DNA of 25,799 nucleotides from Fimicolochytrium jonesii (lineage: Eukaryota). Each line of letters begins with the position of its first letter. The first letter of the stretch is position 1. The DNA is taken from positions 434,001-459,799 of the forward strand of contig NW_026515692.1 of NCBI RefSeq assembly GCF_025526975.1. Reading direction: 5' to 3'. The position numbers were made by a program, and so were the translations under genes. Shown here one piece after another: positions 1 to 10,165 of this stretch. The notes beneath the pieces were generated by a model that was not told the origin of the DNA, searched no databases, and saw only the letters and a list, made by a program, of their open reading frames with translations.

Positions 1-1606
1 ATCCCGTAGTCTACGCATCTGTCGTACGCGTTTGCAAGAGCAACTGCACAGACATATGACTGAAAAATGGCAATATCTCTGTGCAAAAGTTACAATGAGT
101 GACTTTTCTTTGTCAATGTGGTATTATCGAAGCAATTTACCTGTTTCCGGTGCATTTCTCCATTCTGTGCCATGCGACGGTCAGAGCTTTGTCGGCAGTT
201 TCTTCGGGAGCACTCAGATCGATTTCCATAAGATCAGTATGTTCCAGACCTTTACTGGTTAAAAAATATGTCGGATGTAAGCTCTGTGTTCCCCTGAATT
301 TACCGGTAGTAATGCCTGTGTAGAAGCCACCCATTACCTAACCAGCGTGACACACTCTTCTAACTCGGCAGCTGTTATCTCTTCCAATTTCTCCAACAAC
401 CTCGTGATGAATGTGTCTTTACTCGAAAATGTTTCGTCATCTGATGAAGGGGGTGTCCCACGGGGTGTCCCATTGCGCGAACGGGTCCCCGTTTTCGAGG
501 GTTTTGTGACGTGGTTTATGCTTTGCTTGCGCTTTTTTTTGCGCTTCTTTGCTGGACGGTGTGCCTTGTTGTCATCATGTTTTGGTATCTTTCTCTTGTC
601 ACCAGTTGTTTCGGTGTCGTCCGTTTCTTCGCCCGATTCCTCGTCTTCGTCCGAGTTCCTCTCCGTTTCCGTGGCGTCCTTCCCTTCCCCACATTCCTCG
701 TCTTTGTCTGAGTTCCTCTCCGAGGCGTCTTCGGTGTCCAAGTTCACGTTTGGTGCAAGAGGTGCTGCACCCTCTTCCGACTTGTCCCTAGTTTTTTCTT
801 CTGGGTCCGAGCTGATTGTTGCTACGCGCTCGTACACTTGAACTCTCCGTTCGTCGGCGTGATCCTCTGTCGTATACTTTGCAAGACTCGTTTTATCAAC
901 AGATGACCTAGTAAAAGGTGTGGACTTTAGACGTTTTTAAGCTTATGGCTCCAGAAAGCGACAGACTTTACCGCACGCTTCTTTCCATCACTAAGCGGGT
1001 TACACCTTTCTGTGCCAGGATCGCCACGAATAGTCCTATGACAGACGTCAAGGGTTCTTCAAACGTCACGTCTTGCAGTGGAAAGTAATGGACAACAGTG
1101 CCAGTTGTAAGCGATTCCAGGGTTCCGTTTATTTTTGTATAGACTGGCGGCGCTGTGCCTTGTATCCATCCGCGCATGGTCTCGTGTATTGTCCTCATAA
1201 CCTCGTTCCTGTCGTCTTCAAGATTAGGTATATCATCGAGAGAATAAAGGTCGGAAACTGTTTTTCGGATGAGGTGGTGGGCATCATCTTTTCCAGAGTT
1301 GCCGATAAATCGCAAGAGGTCCTCAAATGACTTCAGGAGACTGAGCACAGGTTCTCCGGCGCTGCCCATACGCGCCCGCTCGTAGCCTGTCAAGAACTTG
1401 AGCAGTCTGATGCTCAGAGTGTCTGCGGTCCATAGTGCTTTCCCGGCGTCGTCGCTTCCTTTTTTTTGAAGAAACCTAATGGACGTCGGGTCGCCACGAT
1501 AAGAATCGCGGAAATCTTCCAGTTGTTCGAGGGAGATGTGTTCTTTGTTGAGGAGCGCTTCTAGCTCATTCAACATTGCGATATCTGAATTGTCTGCACC
1601 GTCCAT
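1..1606 (-). CDS. Multi-exon hypothetical protein with an acidic low-complexity tract and basic NLS-like stretch; 3' end runs off the window
   Basis: ORFs 968-1606, 334-837 and 137-334 join in frame via GT-AG introns on the minus strand: 971-908 (GTAAAG..TTTTACTAG), 337-255 (GTAATG..TTTTAACCAG), 140-79 (GTAAAT..TTGCACAG). Exons 1606-972, 907-338, 254-141 and 78-<1 are all open. PAKKRKKKRK motif. Upstream exons are possible. Confidence 0.7.
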
Positions 1607-2725
1607 ATCTTGTTACTGGTCCGAAATGGGAAAAGGGGGTGTAAGCGTCTTTGTGTTGTTTCCGACAGCCTGTGGTATAAGTGCACCGAAGCGGAGAGTT
1701 GTCCATTTTGCTGACTAAGCAGATGAGGATGACTCAGCACAGACACTCGGGTGCTGGAGGTTCCTAAAGCTATACTGTTCTGCAAACTTATCACAGGTCT
1801 TTCAGTGAGCACGGAGGGGGATACTCGTTTTGCCCTACTAACATCCCGCTTGTTACCATCGCGTATTCCAATCGCACAGGGGGCGACAGCGCACTTGCCA
1901 AAAGGTACTTGCCGCGGCGGAAAAACCTAGACAACAGACTCGGATTTGACGAAAGGTCCTTTTACAGATTGTGGAGTTGATCACTGTATCTCTTTCAGTT
2001 ATGTCGTTTCTCGGCATGGCACTAAAAGCAAACATATCACCGGCACCGGCGACTAAGCCTGCCCTTCTTACAAATCTCGTAATTCCACCTCTACGGGATT
2101 CCAGCGCGCGCTGTTCAAGTCCAACACTGGCAACTGCTGTCACCGACCGCGACGTCGCCTTTCGCTTCTTGACCTGCAACGGCATCGAGTAGCGGAGAGC
2201 ATCGCGCAAGACTTTGTTGCTGATTGACGGCACACTTGTCTGCAGCGTCTCCAATCATCAACACGAAAGCCGGGGTCACTCTGTCATGCCGGCAAGACGA
2301 TAAGATTAACCGATGCCGGAGCTTGCGTGGATGCTCCTTTTGGCTGGCGCCTGCTGTTTGGAAGGTCACGCTAAAACGTGGTCGGCGACAAGACCTCAAA
2401 GGTCTTGCAACGGTTTGTAGTGTTCTTGGCGTTGATTCCTATTCTTTTTCCTAAGCGTTACACGTGCTAACAGACGCTTTACTCTTGCTTGCAAACAGAA
2501 CATTGCGGCGGAATAACACATGAAACGCCAACGGCAACTAACAGACCACTCAACGATGCGCACAAGTTTGCATCCATGCGCGCCTTTTTTCACCAGTGTG
2601 ATGCAAGGGGTTTCACAAAGCGAAGTGTTTCATTTGTGCGATTGCTAGGGTAAGTGGCAAAACCCTATAAACCGAAAACGTGCCTGCTCTTTCCACGTCT
2701 CAATCCCTTTACAGTCATCTAAATC

Positions 2726-5600
2726 ATGTCCCTTATTGTCGCTGCACATCCTGTCCCGTTCAACGTGATTCAGGAGCTTGTTGGAAGCAAAACACTTCCC
2801 GTCCTTACAGGTATGTGCAATCTAAGCGTGGATCAAAATGTCACTTTACAAACTCTAACCGGAGCCACTCTCTTAGATACCAACTCGCACCGCTTTTATC
2901 TCCTGAAAGACTCGTGCGCCGGTTTTGCAGTCAACTACAGCAAAGTTCGGAGCATCATTCAGAGGGGCAAGCTCGCCATTACTAAGCTGGTGCTCAGTGG
3001 GCAGGAGCTACACCAGTTTAAAAGCATTGCCTTCTACGAAACTACGGCTTCGCACCTTGCCTTTGTCGATCAAACTGGTTTTGCGCAACTGCTACAGTTG
3101 TGCGGAGTCTCCGAAGCTGCTCGCGAGGGATTGTTGCGGGTAGAGGAGAACTCGGTGTCTTTTACACAAGGTATGTAGTAGTCTCGACCTAGATGACCCA
3201 GACGGACCCAGTTTGCAAAGCTCGGGAGCGCAACCTGGCTCCAAACCTTGCATCGCCGTTTGGCAGGGCGCCCTAGGTCGCTTAGGGTTAGGGTTAGGGT
3301 TAGTCCATGCTTTTATCGCCGCGCATTACTGATGGTCATAATCTGTCCCATTGTTTAGTTGCTGTTTCGCCTGCAGCCACACCAACTACACCAATATCGT
3401 CTGGTGCGGATGTTCCGTATCCCTCGCCGCCATCAGGAAGTGCCGCCTTTACGCCAGCGTCACACCCTAGTGGTACTGTTGGAACCAATGCTCCGTTATT
3501 CGAGCCGCGAGCCACACGCGACTGTGAGATGTCGGAGCAATCAACCCGCGAAACGAGCTTTAACAGAAGCTTCAACACCGAGTTCAACACCGGCACAAGC
3601 GACGCAGCATTCAGCGATGACGAAGACACAATTGAGTCGGATCTGCGACTTTCTAGAAGGGAAAAAATGACGGATGTAGACGACGCGGACCTTGCAAACG
3701 GAATAAAGTCGGTCATCAAATTCAAGTGGTAAGTACACTTGTAGATACAATCTTGGTTTCTTCCTGCGCCCTGTTTTACAAGGCGACTCAACTAAGCGTT
3801 GTTCTTGATACACTGTAGTTACACACTCCAGGACTTTGAAATGACGACGTTGAACCACTCCGAGTTCCACCACTTGCGAGAGTTTTTCAGCACCCCACGA
3901 CCGCGCGCCAAAGGAATCAACCGAGTGCGCAATCCTCAGACGATCGCCAAGAGTCGTGAACGAATTTGCGGGTTTCTCGGCTGGCTGAAGCAATCGGGAC
4001 GCGTAAAGCAACCATCGTTTAAAGACTTTCACGACTTGGACCTTTTCTTGGTGAGCGTCCCTCCCTTATTTGACAAGTGACATTTTTGGTAATATGTCCA
4101 TAACATTTGTCGCTCACCTGGTCGGTTAGGACAAGTATGTAGAAGGATATCTCGTAGGAATTCGCGGGCTGTCACACGGCTCCGTCGCAAACGCCATCAC
4201 AGCTGCGATAGATGTGCACAAATTTCTAGAGTCGGAATCGTCTACAAGACTGCCGGGAACAAAAAAGTCGATGAGCATCACACGTCTTCAAAGCTACCGA
4301 AACAGAAAGCAGACTCTTGCAGAGCGAGAGCGTCAAGCCACTGTAGATGAGGATGGATCGACAATTTTATGGGAGCAAGTTTGTAATGTGCTTCGGCAGT
4401 ACACGCAGCCAAAAGAACATTAACATATTCCACTCCAGTTTCTAGAAGCGATTCGCTGCCAGAAAAAAGTGGTCGACAGCCTGCTAGTTGACGCACAGGA
4501 CAGCCGGCTTCCGGCGCAAGTGCAAAAATACTTGGCGCTCGCTTTCTACGCGGCGATTCCACCCTCCAGAAGCAAAGAGATTCGACTTCTTTTGGACCGA
4601 ATCCTTACCGAGTCAGAAAGTCGAACCTCGCTACAAAATCACATCACCCTTGTTCAGGGGCGCCATGTGATTGTTGTAAGGTATGTGGATATGGTGGCGA
4701 GCGGTCATTTTTCCGCGGAACACTACCTTATCGTCTTTTGTTTCCACCCTCTTTTTCTTCCAGCGACTACAAAAACAGTCTTTATAATGGGACAAGAGAC
4801 GCCATCGAACTCCCTGACGATTCAAGCATAATTTTAAAGTATCTTACATACTTTCTCCAGCCGATAGTTCGTGCGCGAGTTACGTCGGGGAAAAAACACG
4901 GCTATCTTTTCTGCAAAAACAACGGTGACGCATTCGACAGCGCGGGCGAATGGTCGGCGTATCTCGCCAGGATTGTCGAAAAGCACATCGGAATCGCCAA
5001 CATTTCCAGTAACGCCTTGCGCCATTCTTTCACGACGTATATGGAGTCTGCAGTGGAAAGTGACCATGTTCGGCTACGCGAGAGCACCGCGTACGCAATG
5101 CGCCATAACATCAGGTATAGTACCGCAATGGCTATCTGCGGAGTGTGAGGACAGTATTGGGACTGAATTCTTGACATCTGTAAAGGATCCAGCAACACAC
5201 ATACAACAACACCCCGTCTATAGAACGCAAAAGAAAAGCGGTCGACTTTGCTAGTCGCGTGTTCAAGCGCATAGTGCTGGAAGATTCGGCAACGGAAGCG
5301 GACTCCGACAACGGCGCACCACCCCTTGGAGCACTTGTAGGAACGAAACTGCTAAATGGACGACCTGGATTTGGAAAAGTAGTGCGTATCGAGAACGCCA
5401 ACGCCATCATAATGCTATTAACGCCGCGCCAGACCGAAGGGGCAACTTTGAGCGAATATGTCGCTGACATCGGAAGTCTATTACGACGCAACATAGCTAG
5501 GGAGATTCTTTATCCTATTGATGGTGTTTATACTAGAGAGCAAGGGGTGTATGAGGTCTTTACGTCTTTAGAAGATGTGAAAAGGATGTTGGTACGGTAG
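2726..5600 (+). CDS. Spliced tyrosine recombinase/integrase, about 767 aa, 7 exons
   Basis: Exons 2726-3170, 3359-3728, 3819-4050, 4130-4378, 4439-4680, 4764-5114, 5186-5600; all six introns are GT-AG and phase-compatible (2304 nt CDS). Catalytic residues in canonical order: IPPSR (R), DYK (K), NALRH (HxxR with H>N), AMRH (H/W), QQHTY (Y). Linking of exon 1 to the rest is the least certain part. Confidence 0.85.
3282..3303 (+). repeat. Short interstitial telomeric tract (TTAGGG)3TTAG inside predicted intron 1 of the recombinase gene
   Basis: Read directly from the sequence; same orientation as the distal telomeric tracts. Confidence 0.9.
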
Positions 5601-6791
5601 CTGTCGATTCGTGGGAGCTTTGACGCGTGACGCGTGACGAGCTGTTAACAGCAATGAAAAAAGCGATTGTCCAATTTCAGAAGCAAAGAGATTCGACTTC
5701 TTTTGGACCGAATCCTTACCGAGTCAGAAAGTCGAACCTCGCTACAAAATCACATCACCCTTGTTCAGGGGCGCCATGTGATTGTTGTAAGGTATGTGGA
5801 TATGGTGGCGAGCGGTCATTTTTCCGCGGAACACTACCTTATCGTCTTTTGTTTCCACCCTCTTTTTCTTCCAGCGACTACAAAAACAGTCTTTATAATG
5901 GGACAAGAGACGCCATCGAACTCCCTGACGATTCAAGCATAATTTTAAAGTATCTTACATACTTTCTCCAGCCGATAGTTCGTGCGCGAGTTACGTCGGG
6001 GAAAAAACACGGCTATCTTTTCTGCAAAAACAACGGTGACGCATTCGACAGCGCGGGCGAATGGTCGGCGTATCTCGCCAGGATTGTCGAAAAGCACATC
6101 GGAATCGCCAACATTTCCAGTAACGCCTTGCGCCATTCTTTCACGACGTATATGGAGTCTGCAGTGGAAAGTGACCATGTTCGGCTACGCGAGAGCACCG
6201 CGTACGCAATGCGCCATAACATCAGGTATAGTACCGCAATGGCTATCTGCGGAGTGTGAGGACAGTATTGGGACTGAATTCTTGACATCTGTAAAGGATC
6301 CAGCAACACACATACAACAACACCCCGTCTATAGAACGCAAAAGAAAAGCGGTCGACTTTGCTAGTCGCGTGTTCAAGCGCATAGTGCTGGAAGATTCGG
6401 CAACGGAAGCGGACTCCGACAACGGCGCACCACCCCTTGGAGCACTTGTAGGAACGAAACTGCTAAATGGACGACCTGGATTTGGAAAAGTAGTGCGTAT
6501 CGAGAACGCCAACGCCATCATAATGCTATTAACGCCGCGCCAGACCGAAGGGGCAACTTTGAGCGAATATGTCGCTGACATCGGAAGTCTATTACGACGC
6601 AACATAGCTAGGGAGATTCTTTATCCTATTGATGGTGTTTATACTAGAGAGCAAGGGGTGTATGAGGTCTTTACGTCTTTAGAAGATGTGAAAAGGATGT
6701 TGGTACGGTAGCTGTCGATTCGTGGGAGCTTTGACGCGTGACGCGTGACGAGCTGTTAACAGCAATGAAAAAAGCGATTGTCCAATTTCAG
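4567..6791 (+). repeat. Direct tandem duplication, 1111-bp period, with CAG microhomology at the junction
   Basis: 4567-5680 matches 5678-6791; ORF pairs offset by 1111 translate identically (5259/6370, 4871/5982). Identity breaks at 4566/5677 and at 5681/6792. Confidence 0.95.
5678..6711 (+). pseudogene. Duplicated 3' half of the tyrosine recombinase gene (from the catalytic Arg codon through exon 7)
   Basis: Second copy of part of exon 5 and of exons 6-7; lacks its own N-terminal exons. Confidence 0.75.
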
Positions 6792-6925
6792 CGATTGGAA
6801 TTGTGTTAAGGAATGAAAGAGCGATTGCGACGCTCAAGGGGGATACGATTGAAAGGGGGGGGGGGGGGGGGGTGAAAGAGCGATCGTCAGCTATGGGCTT
6901 TGTACTAAAGAATGAAAGAATGAAT

Positions 6926-7166
6926 GAAAGAGCGATTGTCGCGTTAAGATCGACACGATGAAAGGGAAGAAAGAACGATTGTCGCGTTAAGGTCACACGC
7001 ACGATGAAAGGGGATGAAAGAGTGATTGTTCCTTTCAAAGTCAACAGGATGAAAGGGGAAGAAAGAGTGATTGTTCCATTCAAAGTCAACACGATGAAAG
7101 GGGAAGAAAGAGCGATTGTTCCATTCAAAGTCAACACGATGAAAGGGGAAGAAAGAGCGATTGTCC
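6926..7166 (+). repeat. 45-bp minisatellite with core GAAAGAG(C/T)GATTGT
   Basis: Core at 6926, 6969, 7016, 7061, 7106, 7151 (spacing 43, 47, 45, 45, 45); degenerate cores at about 6767, 6815, 6874. Confidence 0.9.
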
Positions 7167-7478
7167 CTTTGATGTCAGCTTTTTTCTTGACCCTAGATAG
7201 AAAAGATAGATGTCCTTTTTTATCTTTGGTTATGGATTTAAATCTGTTGATTTTGCAAATTTGTATTTCTAAGTTTCTATAAGTTCTACATGACGGCGTG
7301 ACTAGAAAACGGATTTTGCTATAAGGCATCCAGGTCTGTAGGGTCAAAACAGTTGAGTTTCTTCCGCTCCCTGCCGCCTCTCTGATCAGATGGTTTCATT
7401 TTAAATCCTTTGTGAACAAGGGCAACTGAGCTTCGTCCAATATCCCCATTTAATTCTGAATCAGGTTGAAGAGGGCAC

Positions 7479-7679
7479 TCAATGGCTTGCTGATTGTCGA
7501 AAAGGAGAAATTGTTTTCGATGGCGAGCGTATATACGAGTAATTGGAAGCCGTCTCGGTGACTAACCTGGGGGAGCCCAGTTTAAGGTTTTTCTCAAGGA
7601 GTTTAATACTTTCGTTGAACCACGCGCCCTGGCTCAGGCGAGTGATTTGGACGGTTATCTTTGCAGACATGTTTTGCAT
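7479..7679 (-). CDS. Short hypothetical ORF, possibly spliced or decayed
   Basis: ATG lies just downstream of a 49-bp promoter-like block shared with the 7979-8431 gene; no recognisable domain. Confidence 0.3.
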   Translation of the reverse strand: MQNMSAKITVQITRLSQGAWFNESIKLLEKNLKLGSPRLVTETASNYSYIRSPSKTISPFRQSASH

Positions 7680-7697
7680 AATTGTTAATATGTAAAG

Positions 7698-7746
7698 GTT
7701 TACTAAATGTAAATAGCATCATATCTTTAAATACTGTTTTTGCAAC
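7698..7746 (-). promoter_or_regulatory. Conserved upstream block, copy 1 (minus strand: GTTGCAAAAA-n3-TATTTAAAGATAT-n5-TATTTACATTTAGTAAAC)
   Basis: Ungapped 40/49 match to 8437-8485; both lie directly upstream of a minus-strand ATG. Confidence 0.65.
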
Positions 7747-7978
7747 ACGCGGAGCGTCACTTGTTTGAGCGTTTAACTTAAAGAGAAACTAACCGACATC
7801 TACCGTCTGCATAGCGCACTTGCCCCTCCCCCCCCCCCCCCTCTCATGGAGCGGTATTTTGGAGCACCGCGCTTTTCCAGACTCTTGCAGGCTTTGGATG
7901 AGAAAGGAGAAATTGGCGTTCAATAGTTCATATACTGCTTAGTCAGCACGAGCACCTTGGTGTTTTGGACAGGATGTT

Positions 7979-8431
7979 CTAATCTTCGGGCAGGAACACA
8001 AAAGCAAAGCCTTCGCAGAAATCTAGTTGGTCGTATTTCTTGATACAAGCAAGTGCAATGACGCCAGTGGGGTTATTAAGGATTTCATCATAAGTTTCTT
8101 TCCCAAAGCTTGGCACCAATTCTTGAAAGAAGTCAGCCGCAGAATAAACTGGATACAAGCCTTTGGTCCCTTCAAAACAGAATTTATACACCGGTTTGGC
8201 ACTTCTAGAACACGCTTCTCTTGCGCTTTCACGCACGGCGTAATGTGCGTCCTGAAGTCTGTAATGGAAGTAGTCATACATCCTGCTTAAACGTTTTTGT
8301 TTCCTTTTGCTGCATGATTTGAACAAGTCGTTTCCGATGCGATGGTCTCCGTGCACTGGATAGCGCACCGTATCGACAAATTCCCAGAATTCACTTTCAA
8401 GCTCCAGCTGCGTGCGTTTTGTTTTGGTCAT
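7979..8431 (-). CDS. Hypothetical protein, 150 aa, DUF4240-like pattern
   Basis: Intronless ORF. N-terminal FWEFVD and C-terminal GKETYDEILNNP..EGFAFV recall DUF4240 from memory; not searched. Confidence 0.55.
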   Translation of the reverse strand: MTKTKRTQLELESEFWEFVDTVRYPVHGDHRIGNDLFKSCSKRKQKRLSRMYDYFHYRLQDAHYAVRESAREACSRSAKPVYKFCFEGTKGLYPVYSAADFFQELVPSFGKETYDEILNNPTGVIALACIKKYDQLDFCEGFAFVFLPED

Positions 8432-8436
8432 TATGT

Positions 8437-8485
8437 GTTTATTAAATGTATATAACCGTATATCTTTAAATAGACTTTTTGCAAC
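8437..8485 (-). promoter_or_regulatory. Conserved upstream block, copy 2
   Basis: Matches 7698-7746; ends 5 nt before the ATG at 8431. Confidence 0.65.
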
Positions 8486-8523
8486 GCGCCGTTTCCCAAT
8501 TTATACAAATAATCGACGCGAAA

Positions 8524-8705
8524 CCGATGCAAAATCTGATGTAACATGCGCCGAAAACCGATGCAAATTCCGCATCAAAACCGATGCAACTATTGTCTCC
8601 ATATATAAGCAACCAATCCGATGCAAATTACATAGGTGATTTCATATCCGGTGCAAATGACAGAACATGACCTCATATCCGATGCAAGTCTAGGACTATA
8701 TAAAA
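8524..8705 (+). promoter_or_regulatory. Array of CCGATGCAA motifs followed by a TATA box in a divergent intergenic region
   Basis: Perfect CCGATGCAA at 8524, 8558, 8581, 8618, 8679; variants at 8648 and 8536; TATATAAAA at 8697-8705, about 40 nt before ATG 8745. Confidence 0.7.
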
Positions 8706-8744
8706 GAGGGTTTTCTGCTGTTTTTCGTTGAAGAAATAAATACA

Positions 8745-9104
8745 ATGATCGACAAAAACATCTGCGGGTGCATAAGAAAATGCGAATGCGACGATGAATT
8801 GAAAGCGAAAATGGTCATCGTTGCCAATGTTGGAGATATAGTAAATCTTATAGAAGGAGTTTGTAGTGACATTCACCTGGCGGCATCTGTCACACAAGAT
8901 GCACAGCAGCTTGCAGGGGTATGCAGCGGTGAGACTGAAGACCGACTGGGCTCGCTGCTCTACCATTTAAGGAGCCCTATGATTGTGGATTACACAAAAG
9001 CGCTGCTGAAGACCGCGCGCGAGCTTCAAGAGCTTTTGATATCAGGTAACGAGGTACACAGATATGTCAGTGCGATTTACTTCCCGCCGCCTAAACGTAG
9101 ATAG
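8745..9104 (+). CDS. Hypothetical protein, 119 aa
   Basis: Intronless ATG ORF downstream of a TATA box and motif array; N-terminal CxC..CxC, otherwise helical-looking. Confidence 0.55.
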   Translation: MIDKNICGCIRKCECDDELKAKMVIVANVGDIVNLIEGVCSDIHLAASVTQDAQQLAGVCSGETEDRLGSLLYHLRSPMIVDYTKALLKTARELQELLISGNEVHRYVSAIYFPPPKRR

Positions 9105-9516
9105 ACTACACTATGTTTGTATTTTTGCTAATGTTTAAAATCACATGTTTCGTAATTATTGCTTTTATTCTCAATATTTGCGAACCCATGCTGCACGTGG
9201 CTGCCCCAAAACATTTCCTGGACCGTTAGATGAAACAAACGTCTTTTAATAACGAGATGGTAATTTTGTACTTTACTCGCATGGGCACGCCGCCTTTTGC
9301 TCTTCTGCTTTTTTCATTCATTCGGTAGTGTGTTTTCAGCTATTTTTTGAGACCGTCATGTTGTTGCGCTGTCGATTTTGCAATTAGTCAGCTGAGGCAC
9401 CGAGGTGTGCGTTTTTGGGTCCAAGATTGTGCTTTTTCTCCTATTGTTTACCTCGTTGATACAGCCCGACTAATGGCTCGGTTCCTGAAGGTAGGTTTCC
9501 TGGGCATCTCATACTT

Positions 9517-10029
9517 TTATAAGAAGTCTTCTCTTACCCGCCGCAAGTCACTACAGATACAGGGGTCCGCACCGTCCTCGATATCCGCGATGTCGATGTT
9601 GCTTTCCTCGCAAAGATCATACATCTGTTTGAGACAATGGTCGTGATGTTCCGCTTTTTCACGGAGTCGATTCCATCCCTCATAAAGAACCTCACCCCGG
9701 TTTTTGCGTAGTATTTCCAGAATATCCTCAAACGACTCATAAAGGGACCACGAGTTCACTCCCAATGCAACAATCGTTCTTTGATACGCATAATTCCTGT
9801 TACAGAGCTGTCGGGCAATGCACATACACGTCGCGCTTTTCGACAGATTGTCGTGTGCCTTTTTTAGATCGTTCATTGACTCAATTATTGTGTTTTCCTG
9901 CAGTCCCCGGAGTTCTTCTTTCAGCCGGGACACCTCTGCCTGTAGGTCCTGGTGTTCGTTTTGCTGTTCGTCTTGTTCTCTGTTTGTCTCAGCGTCACCT
10001 TTCTTTATGTTTTCTGGTTTTTCCGACAT
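9517..10029 (-). CDS. Hypothetical coiled-coil protein, 170 aa
   Basis: Intronless ORF with a heptad-like N-terminal half (LQAEVSRLKEELRGLQENTIIESMNDLKK); divergent from the RING gene. Confidence 0.65.
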   Translation of the reverse strand: MSEKPENIKKGDAETNREQDEQQNEHQDLQAEVSRLKEELRGLQENTIIESMNDLKKAHDNLSKSATCMCIARQLCNRNYAYQRTIVALGVNSWSLYESFEDILEILRKNRGEVLYEGWNRLREKAEHHDHCLKQMYDLCEESNIDIADIEDGADPCICSDLRRVREDFL

Positions 10030-10165
10030 TTAGCGGATTTGGATATGATAGACACTTACTTTTTAATTATAGGTTCGCAAGCGCACCTATTTCTCCCCGC
10101 AGGAAAAAAACTAGGAGAGATGATATACAGCTAGTGCTTTTATATCTATAACAAAAGACGATCAG

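Noticed and set aside
1570..2593. Minus-strand ORFs 1853-2254, 2115-2399, 2396-2593, 1570-1812
   Set aside because: I could not join them into a consistent spliced model or recognise a domain; they may be upstream exons but are unsupported.
5622..5640. TGACGCG tandem containing ACGCGT (MCB-like) sites
   Set aside because: Lies 3' of the gene and is a short 7-bp slippage repeat; no support for a regulatory role.
6926..7166. CRISPR-like appearance of the repeat cores; ORFs 6679-7347 and 7004-7282
   Set aside because: Spacers are copies of each other (minisatellite), there are no cas genes and the context is eukaryotic; the ORFs are by-products of a 45-bp unit.
6855..7841. Poly-G near 6855-6872 and poly-C near 7823-7841 as terminal inverted repeats
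   Set aside because: Complementarity is limited to homopolymer runs and there is no target-site duplication.
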